From NCBI GenBank assembly GCA_963841435.1, contig CAWJCS010000003.1, positions 672,001-736,000 on the forward strand: a stretch of 64,000 nt of DNA, written 5' to 3'. The notes beneath the pieces were generated by a model. It ran no database searches and was not told where the DNA came from. It was given only the letters and a program-made list of their open reading frames with translations. This DNA is from an uncultured delta proteobacterium (GTDB lineage: Bacteria; Myxococcota_A; Polyangia; Polyangiales; Polyangiaceae). Positions 20,876 through 33,718 of this stretch are shown here, piece after piece; the stretch's first letter is position 1; every line of letters begins with the position of its first letter. Position numbers and translations under genes: made by a program.

Positions 20876-22285
20876 TCACGGCGCGGCCGGACCACCCCGA
20901 TGCGCGCGCTCGATCGCGTCGATACTCTTGCGTACGTCGTCTTCATCCGTCGACCAGTTCGAGACGGAGATGCGCATGCCGGCCACGCCGCGCCACGTCG
21001 TGATGCTGGGGTAGCAGACGCCGCCCTCGATCACTCGGGCGACCACGGCGCGCGTGTGGCCGTCGTCGTCCACACCGGCGGGGTCGCGAAATCTGACGAC
21101 GAGCTGGTTCAGCTTCACCTCGTTCATGACCTCGACCCCATCGATCGCGCCGAGGCCCCTTTCGAACGCTTCCGCGTGCGCGCAGCAGCGTTCCACGAGA
21201 TCGGCGACGCCGGCACGCCCGAGCTGGCGCAGCGCGGCCCACACGGCGAACCCGCGCGCGCGCCGCGAGAGCTCGGGGGTGTGGTCGAAGGGATTGGGGA
21301 CGGCCGCCTCGCCCGGCAGGTACTTCGCGCCGCCGCGGAAGGTCAGCCGGTGGGCCTCGCCGTCTCGCACGAGCGCGATGCCACAATCGTACGGCGTGTT
21401 GAGCCACTTGTGCGCGTCGGTCGCCCACGAGTCCGCGAGCTCCGCGCCGTCGACCAGGCCGCGGCGAGCCGGCGCCACGCGCGCCCAGAGTCCGAAGGCA
21501 CCGTCGAGATGGAGCCACACGGGCCTCTCACGCTTCGCGTCGGCGACTCGCTCGGCGATCGCGACCAGCGGGTCGAACGCGCCGCCGTTCACGTTGCCGG
21601 CCTGGGCGCACACGATGAGCGGCCCCTCGCCTGCAAAATCGAGGCGATCGGCTCGCATGCGCCCCTCGCCGTCGGCTTCGATCACTCGAAGCTGCTTGGT
21701 GCCGAAGCCGAGCATGCGTAGCGCCCGGTCGATGGTGCCGTGGCGCTCGGCACCGACGACCACCTCGATGCGAGGCGCGCCGGTCACGCCCTCGACCTCA
21801 ACGTCCCAGCCAACGGCACGCAAAAGCTCGGTCCGCGCCACGGCGAGGCCGACGAAGCTTGCCATCTGCGCGCCCGTGACGAGCGCGCCCGATCCGGCGG
21901 GGAGATCGAGCAGGCTCGCGACCCAGCGCAACACGACGTGCTCGATGGCCGCGGCCGCGGGCGTGGCCTCGCCGCTCCCCGTGTTCTGGTCCCAGACCGA
22001 CGTGAGCCAGTCGGCGGCGATCGCGACGGGAAGCGCGCCTCCGATGACCCAACCGAAGAACCTGCCGCTCGGCATCGCCGTGAGCCCGGGCTCGACCTTG
22101 CGCACCAGCTCCTCGAGCACGGCGCCGGGCTCGGTCGAGAGCGCTTGCAGGGGCTCGTCGAGCGCCGCGAGCATGGCGGCCGCGTCGCTTTGCGGAGCGA
22201 CACCTCGCTCGGGGAGACCGTCGAGAAAATCGGCCGCGATGCGACTCGTTCGGTCGAACAGGGGACGAGCATCCGTTCGCAACAT
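20876..22285 (-). CDS. PLP-dependent (group II) amino-acid decarboxylase
   Basis: WLHLDGAFG, DSWATDAHKWLNTPYDCG (PLP lysine), ELSRRARG. Confidence 0.92.
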   Translation of the reverse strand: MLRTDARPLFDRTSRIAADFLDGLPERGVAPQSDAAAMLAALDEPLQALSTEPGAVLEELVRKVEPGLTAMPSGRFFGWVIGGALPVAIAADWLTSVWDQNTGSGEATPAAAAIEHVVLRWVASLLDLPAGSGALVTGAQMASFVGLAVARTELLRAVGWDVEVEGVTGAPRIEVVVGAERHGTIDRALRMLGFGTKQLRVIEADGEGRMRADRLDFAGEGPLIVCAQAGNVNGGAFDPLVAIAERVADAKRERPVWLHLDGAFGLWARVAPARRGLVDGAELADSWATDAHKWLNTPYDCGIALVRDGEAHRLTFRGGAKYLPGEAAVPNPFDHTPELSRRARGFAVWAALRQLGRAGVADLVERCCAHAEAFERGLGAIDGVEVMNEVKLNQLVVRFRDPAGVDDDGHTRAVVARVIEGGVCYPSITTWRGVAGMRISVSNWSTDEDDVRKSIDAIERAHRGGPAAP

Positions 22286-22372
22286 GGCCCAACCTTGCCA
22301 CGTCGCGCGCATGGGGAGGACCCGCCCGGCCGGGTCGACGCCTCCTTTTCTCGCGCAGGCTCGGGGTGCGCT

Positions 22373-23800
22373 CTAGTTCGCGTCGAGGCGCAGCAAGAAC
22401 GTTCCCGCCCGCTCCCCTTCCGTGCCGAGCTGGCTGAGGACGTTCTCGTTCCCGAAGTCCACCTCGTAGGCAAATGAGCCGGCAACCCAAGCCGCGTCCG
22501 GGGTGGTGGCGATGGCCGTGCTCACGACGTCAACGCCGCGGTCGGCGCGAACGAGCTGGAGCGGGGCACCCGAATCCGGGGAATAGGTCCGCAGATAGAT
22601 CGCGTTCGCAGGACGGCTCGGCGCATCGACCGAACCGCCCAGAAACACGGTACCCCGGCCGTCGGTGGCGACCGCGAAAGCGGACTGCGTGTCCTCTTCG
22701 CGCGTGAGCCACCTCGCCTTCCCGCTTCCGTCGAGACGCGTCACGAAGGCCGTCCCGGGGGCCCCGGGGACCTCGGGGCTCGGGGTGAAAGGCTCTGCCG
22801 TCGAGGTCTTTCCGCCCAGAGTCACCGTTCCCGCGGCCGAGCCAGCGAGCAAGAAGTCGCCGTCCGAAAAGGCGGCGAGCGCAGCGCCGTCGCACGCAGT
22901 GCTGGGCTCGCCACCGAAGCTCTCGCTCCACAGCGGCTCACCGTCGCTCGTCAGGCGCGCCACGAAACCGCTGATCGAGGTGCCAGCAGGGCTCGCGAGC
23001 GTATCGGTCACACCGCCCAGTGAAAGATCCCCGTCGAACCTTCCGCTCATCACGATGTCACCGTCGGAAAGGGCGGCTACCGCGCTCGCGCGGGCTCGAA
23101 CACCCGTGTGCGGGAAGGTCTTCTCCCAGAGCTTGTTGCCCCAAGCGTCACACTTGAGGAGCAACACGTGCCCGTCGAGGGTCGTGGCAGGCTCCTCGTC
23201 CCCGTAGGAACCGGCAATGAAGATCGCCCCGGTCGCGTCCACCGCGAGCCCGTAGGTGAAGGTGACGGGACGCTCGACCGGGACGGTCGTCTCGTAGCGA
23301 ACGGCTCCGTCACTGCCAATCTTTGCGAGATAGAGCTCCTTCGACACGAACGACGCCGAGACCGCCGCTGCGTCCGGGAAGCTCGGCGCAACGATGACCA
23401 CGTCGTCGCCCGAGCGCGCTATGGCCCGCGGCAGGCCGGCCGCTCGCAGCGGCAGGCTCCACTTCGGCGCGCCGCTAGGACCGAGCAGGGCCGCAAACGC
23501 CTCGGAATCGATGCCGGGCTCGAACTCCAAAAGCCCGACCGTGGCCGGATCGGACGACGCTCCCGCGATGACCACACCGTCATCGACGGCGGCGAGCACG
23601 GGCGGCGTCGGATTGTAGATGTCACCGCTCTGCAGTTGCCAGGCACCGCGGGGCGACGGGCTCTCGTACACCGCGGCCCCACCCCCGTCGCCGCTCGCCC
23701 CGGAGTGTGCGTCACCCCCGACCCGATCCGATTTGCCCCCGCAGGCGATGACCATCGCCGAGGCGTACACTACGGCACCCAGCTCCACCACACCACGCAT
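22373..23800 (-). CDS. Lipoprotein with beta-propeller repeats
   Basis: Lipobox VIAC; repeated (F/L)VxRLxxxGxxxW / AVD-G-IFIAG blades. Confidence 0.8.
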   Translation of the reverse strand: MRGVVELGAVVYASAMVIACGGKSDRVGGDAHSGASGDGGGAAVYESPSPRGAWQLQSGDIYNPTPPVLAAVDDGVVIAGASSDPATVGLLEFEPGIDSEAFAALLGPSGAPKWSLPLRAAGLPRAIARSGDDVVIVAPSFPDAAAVSASFVSKELYLAKIGSDGAVRYETTVPVERPVTFTYGLAVDATGAIFIAGSYGDEEPATTLDGHVLLLKCDAWGNKLWEKTFPHTGVRARASAVAALSDGDIVMSGRFDGDLSLGGVTDTLASPAGTSISGFVARLTSDGEPLWSESFGGEPSTACDGAALAAFSDGDFLLAGSAAGTVTLGGKTSTAEPFTPSPEVPGAPGTAFVTRLDGSGKARWLTREEDTQSAFAVATDGRGTVFLGGSVDAPSRPANAIYLRTYSPDSGAPLQLVRADRGVDVVSTAIATTPDAAWVAGSFAYEVDFGNENVLSQLGTEGERAGTFLLRLDAN

Positions 23801-23890
23801 ACCGATAGCCTGACCGCGGGGGCCCTGGGCCGCAAGCCCGGTCCCCAGCGGCTCACCGGGCGCGCTACGCGAGCGTTGCCTCGGGTTTCC

Positions 23891-25300
23891 TCACGCGGTG
23901 CCGGCCCATTGCTCGAGCACGCGGCTGATGCGCTCGAGGTAGCCGTCCACGCGGACGACCTCTTCGTACCCCGGCACGGCGCCCACCCACTCGCGCATCC
24001 GCACGTTCGGGGCTTCGGTGAGATAGAGCGTGGGAAGGCCCATGAGCGCGGGGCCATCCATGCCAGCGGTGGTGACACCCACCTGACCGACGAGGCCGTG
24101 CCTGAGCCTTAGGTGCTCGAAGAACTGGAGCTGAGCCCGCCGCATGTCGGCTTGGCGAAAGACCGGGTCTTTCCAGAAGAGAATCATATCGACGGCACCC
24201 TCGGGCACCGGCGACTCTCGAATCGCATCGCCAGTCAGCACGGGCACGAGCCCTGCTCCTTGCACGCGTGCGACGAGCTCCACGAGCTCGGACCATCTCG
24301 TATTCCGGCCTGGGTGATGAACCCCGTCGCGGATCCACAAAAGCACCTTCTTCCCCGCGGCGTCTCCAGCGCGAAGAGAGCGCAGCCTCTGGTCCAGCCA
24401 ATCGGCCACCGTGCTCGGGATCGGCGCCTCGCCCAGGAATGCCGCCCGGAGCGTGCGCTGGGCCAACGCCGGATCGGCCCTGAAGGCGCGCCCCACGATT
24501 GCCGTCACGTGCTTCATCGCACGGGGACGCGAGCGGTACGGGCGAAGCTTGGAACCGAGACCCGCATCCAAGAGGAACTTCTCGGCCTGCGCCGTTTGGT
24601 CCTTGCCGGGCTCGATCTGAACGGCAACGCCGGCGAGCACGGCGGCGGCAGCGAGGTACCACCCTTCTCCGAACGAGAAGCGGCTGTCCGCGTGAAACGT
24701 GTACGCGTGGTTCCTGTCTTCGAAGATCCGGCGCGCGGCCCTCGCGGCGGCCCCGGCCTGGTGAGCCGCCGCAAGCGCTCTACGAGCGACGGCGGACTTT
24801 GGCTCGTCGTGCTCGAGCGCGGCGGCACTCGTCGCGGCAATGCGGGCCGACGCCTCCGCGCCGCGAACGATGGCTTCGACGCGACGCCAGCCGTCGTCAC
24901 AGGCCTCGCTCGTCGGCGCGCGCTGCGCGCTCAAAGAGAGCTGGCCCGCGCCGTGGAGCGCATCTTGAGCTTTCGCGGCACTGGCCGTCGCCAGCGTCGC
25001 ACGAGCAGCCGTGACGGTGGCGTGGATGGGCGCTCGTTCGCTTTCGACACCGCCGTTCTCCGAGGCGCCACGCGTCTCCTCGGCCGCAGCGAGCGCGAGA
25101 CCGGCCTGCTCGAGCGCTCGTTCGAGCAAGGATCGATAGCGTTCGCGCTGGCCAGGCTCGTGCAACGTCGCCCCCTGGTCGAGCGCCTCGGCGAGCAGAC
25201 TTCGGGCCTCGCGTTCGAGGCGCTCCGCCGCGGCGCTCGCCCCCCCCACCGCCGGGACAACGGCCGTGCCGCTCTCCGATGTCGCCGAGCCGCGCGTCAC
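23891..25300 (-). CDS. Hypothetical protein: Ala-rich helical N-half and GT-B-like C-terminal domain
   Basis: Long ORF starting right after the katG stop; C-terminal GQVGVTTAGMDGPALMGLPTLYL. Confidence 0.75.
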   Translation of the reverse strand: MTRGSATSESGTAVVPAVGGASAAAERLEREARSLLAEALDQGATLHEPGQRERYRSLLERALEQAGLALAAAEETRGASENGGVESERAPIHATVTAARATLATASAAKAQDALHGAGQLSLSAQRAPTSEACDDGWRRVEAIVRGAEASARIAATSAAALEHDEPKSAVARRALAAAHQAGAAARAARRIFEDRNHAYTFHADSRFSFGEGWYLAAAAVLAGVAVQIEPGKDQTAQAEKFLLDAGLGSKLRPYRSRPRAMKHVTAIVGRAFRADPALAQRTLRAAFLGEAPIPSTVADWLDQRLRSLRAGDAAGKKVLLWIRDGVHHPGRNTRWSELVELVARVQGAGLVPVLTGDAIRESPVPEGAVDMILFWKDPVFRQADMRRAQLQFFEHLRLRHGLVGQVGVTTAGMDGPALMGLPTLYLTEAPNVRMREWVGAVPGYEEVVRVDGYLERISRVLEQWAGTA

Positions 25301-25301
25301 G

Positions 25302-27551
<2,250 letters not shown>

Positions 27552-27599
27552 CTACCGCGACCTGGAGACAAAGCTAGGGCTCGCCGAAGCGATTGGCCA

Positions 27600-27636
27600 T
27601 TCGATTGATTCTATCAACGTGATAGCCCTCAGCTAT
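27600..27636. promoter_or_regulatory. OxyR-type binding site upstream of katG
   Basis: ttcg-N7-CTAT-N7-ATAG-N7-CTAT matches the OxyR consensus ATAG-N7-CTAT-N7-ATAG-N7-CTAT in 3 of 4 tetramers with exact spacing. Confidence 0.8.
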
Positions 27637-27855
27637 CAGGCGGGGGCGCCCTCTTTTTGCCAGAGTCCGCAAGGCGCCGCCCGCGCGCGCGCGGTGGCAT
27701 GTCCGCGCGCTCCAATGCGGAATGACGAGCGTGCGTCGGCGGCGAGCTCGGCGCCTACTCCGTCAGGTCCTACTCGTTGCCGGGAGCGCGCGCGTCCGGG
27801 TCAACAAGTGGCACACAAATCTCCCTCCGCACCGTAGCGCTCGCCCCGAGCGCGG

Positions 27856-28020
27856 AATTGCAAGCGCGAGTGCGGGCAAATATCCATCAGTTACCACTTC
27901 AACGCGTGGGCTGCCGCAGGGATGACCCTCGGGAAGATGGACCAGGCCCAGATTCTCATCGAAGTGGGGGGCGGTACTGGAAGCATCAACTTCACGGTGG
28001 CAAACGTGACGGCCACGATG
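27856..28020 (+). pseudogene. GH11 xylanase C-terminal remnant
   Basis: RECGQISISYHFNAWAAAGMTLGKMDQAQILIEVGGGTGSINFTVANV aligns by eye with the C-terminus of the GH11 at 32342; no start. Confidence 0.8.
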
Positions 28021-28061
28021 AACGAGCTCGAAACGCCGCGCCTCACTTGGGCAGCGCGGTG

Positions 28062-29586
28062 CTAGCCTGAGCGCTGGGAGTGCGCGCGCGACCGGCGGCG
28101 ACGGACCAAGCCGAGGGCACCGAGCACGAGCGCCAACGCGGACGGCATCGCGGTTCGCGACTGTCCCGCGACGACGCAGGCGCAACCGCCTGCAGAATCA
28201 GCGCTCGCCGGGGTGGAAGCGCCTCCCGAGCTCTGCGTTCCGGCCGTTGGCGCAACGCTGCCTCCGCTTCCGCCCGCGGGCGAGCCGCCCATGCCGGCGG
28301 TACCGGCAATCCCACCGGAGCCGGCGCTCGGCGCCGTGCCGCCTGCCCCGCCGAGGCCACCACCGCCTGAGCTCCCACCCGCGGTCATCGCCCCACTTCC
28401 ACCGGTAGCAGCGCCGCCGGCGCCGGCACCGCTCCCCGCGGTTCCGCCGTTCCCGCCCGTCATGCCTCCACCGCCGCTGACACCGGCGTTGCCGGCACCA
28501 CCGTCCGTTGCCCCAGCCAAACCAGCCAAACCACCCGAACCACCCAAACCACCCGTGCCAGCCGAGCCGCCCATGCCGCCCATGCCACCCGCGCCGCCCG
28601 CCCCACCGCCGCACGCCGCGGTCTCCGGATCGGGCCCGGTGGCATCGCCGAGGCCAAAGTAGGCGGCGACGGCGTTTCCGTCGAACGGCACCGCGTGGGC
28701 GACGCCGGACAGGGCGAAGGTCTCGTAGACGGTGTAGCCGCAGTCGTTCTTCCAATACTCGCGCGTCGTCCCACTCTTCGGCATGTCGCTGCCCGTGGGC
28801 GTTTCGACGAGCCCGAGGAGATTGGTCCACTCCTTCACGTCCTCGGCCAGGTTCTTGAAGTTGAGCGTCGTGTCGGCGGTGCCGTGCCAGTGCTGCAGAC
28901 GCGGGCGATGACCCGTGTAGCCCGGGTAGTAGGAACGCACCTGATCGCCCCAGGCTTGCCCGGTCTTCACGACGTTGCCCCCCGCGCACGGGCCGCTCCA
29001 CTGGGCGGTCGAACCGTTCCCGGTGACGTCGTTGTAGCCCTCTGCCCAGCAGCCGCAGGGCACCCCCATGAGCGACACGCCGGCCATGAAGACGTTGGGG
29101 TACACGCCCAGAAGGGCCTCGGTCATGATCCCTCCCGACGAGCCGCCCACGGAATACACGCGGCTCGCGTTGCCGTCGTACTTGGTGAGAGTGTACTTCA
29201 CCATCTGGACGACGGCGCCCGTGTCGCCTCCCCCGCCGTGCGTGAGGGACCGAGTCGAACCCCGCATCCCAGCAGTTTTGGCCGGTCGCTTCGGGGATGA
29301 CCATGATGAAGCCGCTACTATTCGCGATCGAAACGAGGCTCGACATCTCGCTGTAGGTGCTCTGCGCAGTGCCTCCGCAATGGTGCGGCGCCACGACGAT
29401 CGGCGGCTTCGTCGCCAGCGTGTCCGGAACGTAGACGTACATGTTCACGTAGCTCGGCAGGCCCGTGATTCCCGCCCACCAGTCGCTCTGGTTCACCTTC
29501 TGCATGGAGGCTGCACCCGCCGGCTCGGCGACGAGCAGGCCTAAGCACACCGCCGGGAGCGAAACGAGGTAACTGAAGCGATTCAT
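28062..29586 (-). CDS. CE1-like / PHB-depolymerase-family esterase with MYXO-CTERM-like tail (frameshift near 29258)
   Basis: Paralog of 7630..9153 ([36 protein letters not shown]); GGCAC + TM + RRRR tail. Confidence 0.9.
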
Positions 29587-29684
29587 GTGCGTGTTCCTTC
29601 TTCCTCGCACAGGCGAGCGCGCCGCGGGCTCGTGGGCAACCCCAGCCGAATGTTTTCTAGCACACGCCGGAAACGCCGTCAGCG

Positions 29685-30260
29685 CTAGGTGTGGCTCAGG
29701 TACTGGTGCACCAGCGCGATCGCCATACTGCCCTCGCCGACCGCAGCAGCGACACGCTTCACGGGGCTCAAGCGGACGTCGCCGCAGGCGAACACGCCGG
29801 GAACACTCGATTCCAAAAGGTACGGATCGCGCTCTGCCGCCCAGCGTCCCGCGCGGACGACGTTCTCACCCGTCAGGATGTAGCCGTTCGCGTCACACGC
29901 GATCTCTTTCGGCAACCAGCCGGTTTCCGCGACGGCGCCGATGAAGACGAAGAGACCGCCGGATTCCCGCCGGCTCGTCGCACCGGACCTGCGATCGACG
30001 ATATCGATGGCTTCCAGGTTCGCGGCGCCGTGAACGGCTCGCACCTCGGTATTCAAGAGCACGTTGACGTTCGACTTGGTACGAAGCTGCCCGATCAGAT
30101 CAGGTCGGGCGATTCGGGGGTGAGCCAATCGAACATGATGCGATTGCGTTCGAGGAAGCGCCGTACGTCGCCACAGCGCTCGTCGAAAAGCTTCCCGACG
30201 ACGAGACAGGTCGGGGCGGGCACTTCCGCGTGTGGGAGCGGCGAGCGACTCCGAAGCGCG
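29685..30260 (-). pseudogene. Thioredoxin reductase-like FAD oxidoreductase remnant with a large internal deletion
   Basis: C-terminus LFVFIGA...[20 protein letters not shown] is joined out of frame at about 30098 to RRFLERNRIMFDWL; FAD/NADPH-binding core is missing. Confidence 0.8.
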
Positions 30261-30523
30261 CCAATCGTGAGATACGGCCGGACCGGATCGTCACCAGCGT
30301 CGCGGCGACGATCGCTGGGCGAACTCGGCAGATTCCGGGCCTCGCCATGCCGCTCTGCGGGAATCGCTTGGCGATGGGCGCGCGCGTGTCGCGCCACTAG
30401 TAAGAAGTTTTGTCCTGCCTGGGGCTCGCGCTTCGAAGGTACCTGCCCGCCCTCGATTGGCGCCGCTCGGTGCGGCGTGAGATTGCTCTTGGCAACGGCC
30501 GGGGGCGATCAAAAGATGGAGCG

Positions 30524-32320
30524 ATGAGTCAGCTTCGCAAGGGGGGCCTTGCAACGAACTCTGCGTTCACGCTTCTGCTCATCGGTTGTAGTCGTCTTCT
30601 AATAGGTTGCAGTGATGGTGGCCAGAGTGACACAAATCCGTCGACCGGCTCGGGTGCAACCGGAAGCGGCGGCACGAGCAGCGGCAGCAGTGGTACGGGC
30701 GGCGCAGCCGCAACCGGAGGCACCGCGACAGGCGGCACCACGACAGGCGGCACCACCGCGGGCGGCATGTCGGGAGCCGGCGGGCTCGGGGCCGGCGGCG
30801 CGTCAGGTGCAGCCGCGATGGCGGGCACGGGCGGCACGGACCCGCTGGCGGGTGCCGGCGGTACGTCGGGCGGCAGCGCGGGCCTCGGCGGCGGCGGAGC
30901 AAGCGGGGCGAGCAGTGGGGCCGGTGGCGGCAGTGGCGGCACCGCGTCGGGCACGCTAGCGCTCACCATCGAGCCGAATCCGAACAGCGTGCTCTCCTGT
31001 TACGTGAGCTGGACGACCGCTGCCCCTGCCGACTCGACCGTTCAGTTCGGCGTCGGCGGCTACCAGTGGGAGATCTCGGACGCGACGATGGTGACCGATC
31101 ACAAGGTCCTGGTGATCGGCATGCGCGCGTCTCAGATGTACTCGATCAAGGCCATCTCGGGCTCGGAGAGCGGCGCCGGTACGTTCCAGACGGGCGCGCT
31201 GCCCGCGGCGGTTCCTGCCGGCACCGTCATGATCAACGACACGGCGAAGCGAGCACCCGGGTGGACGCTCATGAACGTGCAAAAGGGCGGGACCGACAAC
31301 AGGCCGCGCTCGGCCGAGCCGCCCATGGCGGTGATCTACGACGAAGAGGGCCAGCCCGTTTGGTACTTCATCGACGGTCCCGGTCCGGACATCGGAGGCG
31401 CGGTGTCCACGCAGCTCACGGACAAGGGCGTGGTGATCGGCCCGACGTGGAATCAGCAGAACACCAACGGCATCCCGCCGCGTGAGGTCGACTTCGCGGG
31501 CAACATCATCTGGGAGTGCAAGCACGCTGCCTGCGCACCCGGCAAGGACGCGACCCACGAGACCATCAAGCTCGCGAACGGCAACTACGTCATTCTCGAG
31601 TACGTGACGACCGGCGGCGCGCAAAATCCCGTGTACCGCGAGCTCGACGCCGACAGCAACGAGGTGTGGACGCTCGACTGGGTCAAGCTCCTGCCGGCTC
31701 CCTCCGGCTCCACCGGAGACTGGTGCCACGCGAACGCGATCAACGTCGATCTGGACAACAACGAGGTGTTCATCAACTGCCGTTGGATGGGTCTGATGAA
31801 GACCACGTACACGAACCCTGCCAAGCAGTGGCTGTTGCCCGCTGCCTACGGGAGCAAGGGGCAAGGCGATTTCACGTACTCGCCGACCAACATCCAGTTC
31901 AGCGACGCGCATCATCCCGAGTTCCACCGCGACGACAACACCGCCCTCTTCTACGACAACGGCGGCTGGAGCGGCTCGGTCAACACCGTCACCGGCTATC
32001 ACTCGCGCGCGATCGAATACAAGCTCGACACGGGCACGATGACGGCCACGCTCAACTGGGAGTTCCCCGGCACCTTCTCCGTGACCGACAACTGGTACAC
32101 GAACACCTGGTACTCGCCGTTCTGGGGCGACGCGGACCGACTGGAAAACGGCAACGTGCTCGTGGCGGCCGGCCTCATCGGCCCCACGAGAGAGAGCCGC
32201 GTCTTCGAGGTGACCAAGGCCGACGGAATGCTCGTCTGGGAGCTCCGGCTCCCCCTGAACTACGGCGTCTACCGCGCCGACCGCATCACGCCGCCGCTCG
32301 TGCACGCGATTGCGCCGTGA
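30524..32320 (+). CDS. Arylsulfotransferase (ASST)-family lipoprotein
   Basis: Lipobox LIGC, Gly linker, Ig-like domain, DWCHANA, DAHH, YDNG, GDADRLENGNVL, YRA. Confidence 0.9.
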   Translation: MSQLRKGGLATNSAFTLLLIGCSRLLIGCSDGGQSDTNPSTGSGATGSGGTSSGSSGTGGAAATGGTATGGTTTGGTTAGGMSGAGGLGAGGASGAAAMAGTGGTDPLAGAGGTSGGSAGLGGGGASGASSGAGGGSGGTASGTLALTIEPNPNSVLSCYVSWTTAAPADSTVQFGVGGYQWEISDATMVTDHKVLVIGMRASQMYSIKAISGSESGAGTFQTGALPAAVPAGTVMINDTAKRAPGWTLMNVQKGGTDNRPRSAEPPMAVIYDEEGQPVWYFIDGPGPDIGGAVSTQLTDKGVVIGPTWNQQNTNGIPPREVDFAGNIIWECKHAACAPGKDATHETIKLANGNYVILEYVTTGGAQNPVYRELDADSNEVWTLDWVKLLPAPSGSTGDWCHANAINVDLDNNEVFINCRWMGLMKTTYTNPAKQWLLPAAYGSKGQGDFTYSPTNIQFSDAHHPEFHRDDNTALFYDNGGWSGSVNTVTGYHSRAIEYKLDTGTMTATLNWEFPGTFSVTDNWYTNTWYSPFWGDADRLENGNVLVAAGLIGPTRESRVFEVTKADGMLVWELRLPLNYGVYRADRITPPLVHAIAP

Positions 32321-32331
32321 GACACGGCGCA
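32311..32331. terminator. GC-rich hairpin between convergent genes
   Basis: TGCGCCGTG-AGA-CACGGCGCA, 9-bp stem; no U-tract. Confidence 0.4.
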
Positions 32332-32341
32332 GCGCCGTCGC

Positions 32342-33590
32342 TCATTGGACCACGACGGTCGCCGTCGTAAACTCGACGGTCCCGCTGTTGTCCTGGGCCT
32401 CCACGAGGAGCTTGGCCTCCACGAGATTCCCGAGCTGCAGGCCCATCTCGATCCACTTGGAAAAGTGCGTCGAGATGGAAATGTGTCCGCACTGGCGAGC
32501 CGACTGCCGAACACTGAAGTACTGATCGAACGTCATGTTGTTGCCCGTGATGGCGGGCTTGTTCGTCTGCGTGTGCTTCCAGACGTCGTAGGTGTCCCCG
32601 TCGGTCGTCAGCGTGCCGACGTGGGTGCGAGGGCTGCCGTCGGACGCCGTGTCACCAGGCTTCGTGCTCCCCCAATCGTCGAGGATGTAGTACTCGCGCA
32701 GCGGGTTGACCGTCCATCCGTAGATTCCGACGTAAAGAAAGCCGTCGTTGCCCGTCTTGGTCTCCGCGAAATCGGACGAGATGGTTCCGATTTCGAGCGG
32801 GAGTCTTGGTCTGGTCGAAGTCCAGGCCGATGCGACCCAGGAAATCGTCGACGTTGGTCCAGGTGGCGCCGAAATTCGCAGCGACACCGTAAACGGTCAT
32901 GCATCCTGACCCGGTGCCACTCGACCAAAGCTCGTAGGCGTAGCCGCCGCCCGCGTTGCCCTTCGAGTTCGAGCAGTACTGCTTGCCGCCGGTCAACTTC
33001 GTTGCCGGCGGGCAGCTGGGCGACGTTCCGCCGGCGCCGCCGTTGCCGGCGCCGGCAATGCCGCCGGCGCCCGCACCGCCGAGCCCGGCCGCGCCTCCGC
33101 TCATACCCCCCACACCTCCCGCCGCGCCGGCGCTGCCGCCGCTCGCGCCGGCGCTGCCGCCGCTCGCACCCGCGCCTCCACCATCGCCGCCCGTGGCGCC
33201 CGCGCTGCCTGCGCTCCCTCCCGAGCCTGCGCCAGCGCCGCCCGTGGCGCCCGCGCTCCCGCCGGTCGTGCCCGAGGTGCCGCCGACGGCTCCCGCAACG
33301 CCAGCGCTCCCGCCGGTGGCCCCAGAGCTGCCACCAACGCCGCCCGTGGCACCGGCGGTGCCGCCGCTCGAGCCCGCAACACCACCCGAGCCCGTGACGC
33401 CGCCCGTGGCGCCGCCTCCGGTCGCCCCGCCCGTGGTTGTCCCCGCGCCCCCGCTTTCGCCGCCGGGGGCCCCCGAGTCAGCGCAGCCGGCGAGGGCCAC
33501 CGTGGCAAGGCAAGCAGCCATGGCACCGAGCGAGCCATGGGACCAACGTGGGCCAAAGATCATGCTTAGAGCATGCCCGGTCGTGCTCAT
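32342..33590 (-). CDS. GH11 endo-1,4-beta-xylanase lipoprotein (frameshift near 32796)
   Basis: Lipobox LAGC, Gly linker, YELW, GIYGWTVNPLREYYI, FDQYFSVR, LLVE; both catalytic Glu present. Confidence 0.93.
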
Positions 33591-33718
33591 CCTGATCAAT
33601 GACGGGCCCGATTTCGAATCGCTCGCGGGTGCCGAAGAGGAAGAAAGGGCGAGGCAATTCGGACGTTTATCGCCGAACGTCTTGCGGTTCCCTGGCGCAG
33701 CCGCGAGCCTTTTCCGCA

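Noticed and set aside
33124-33165. 21-bp tandem duplication
   Set aside because: Lies within the Gly-rich linker of the GH11 gene; ordinary slippage.
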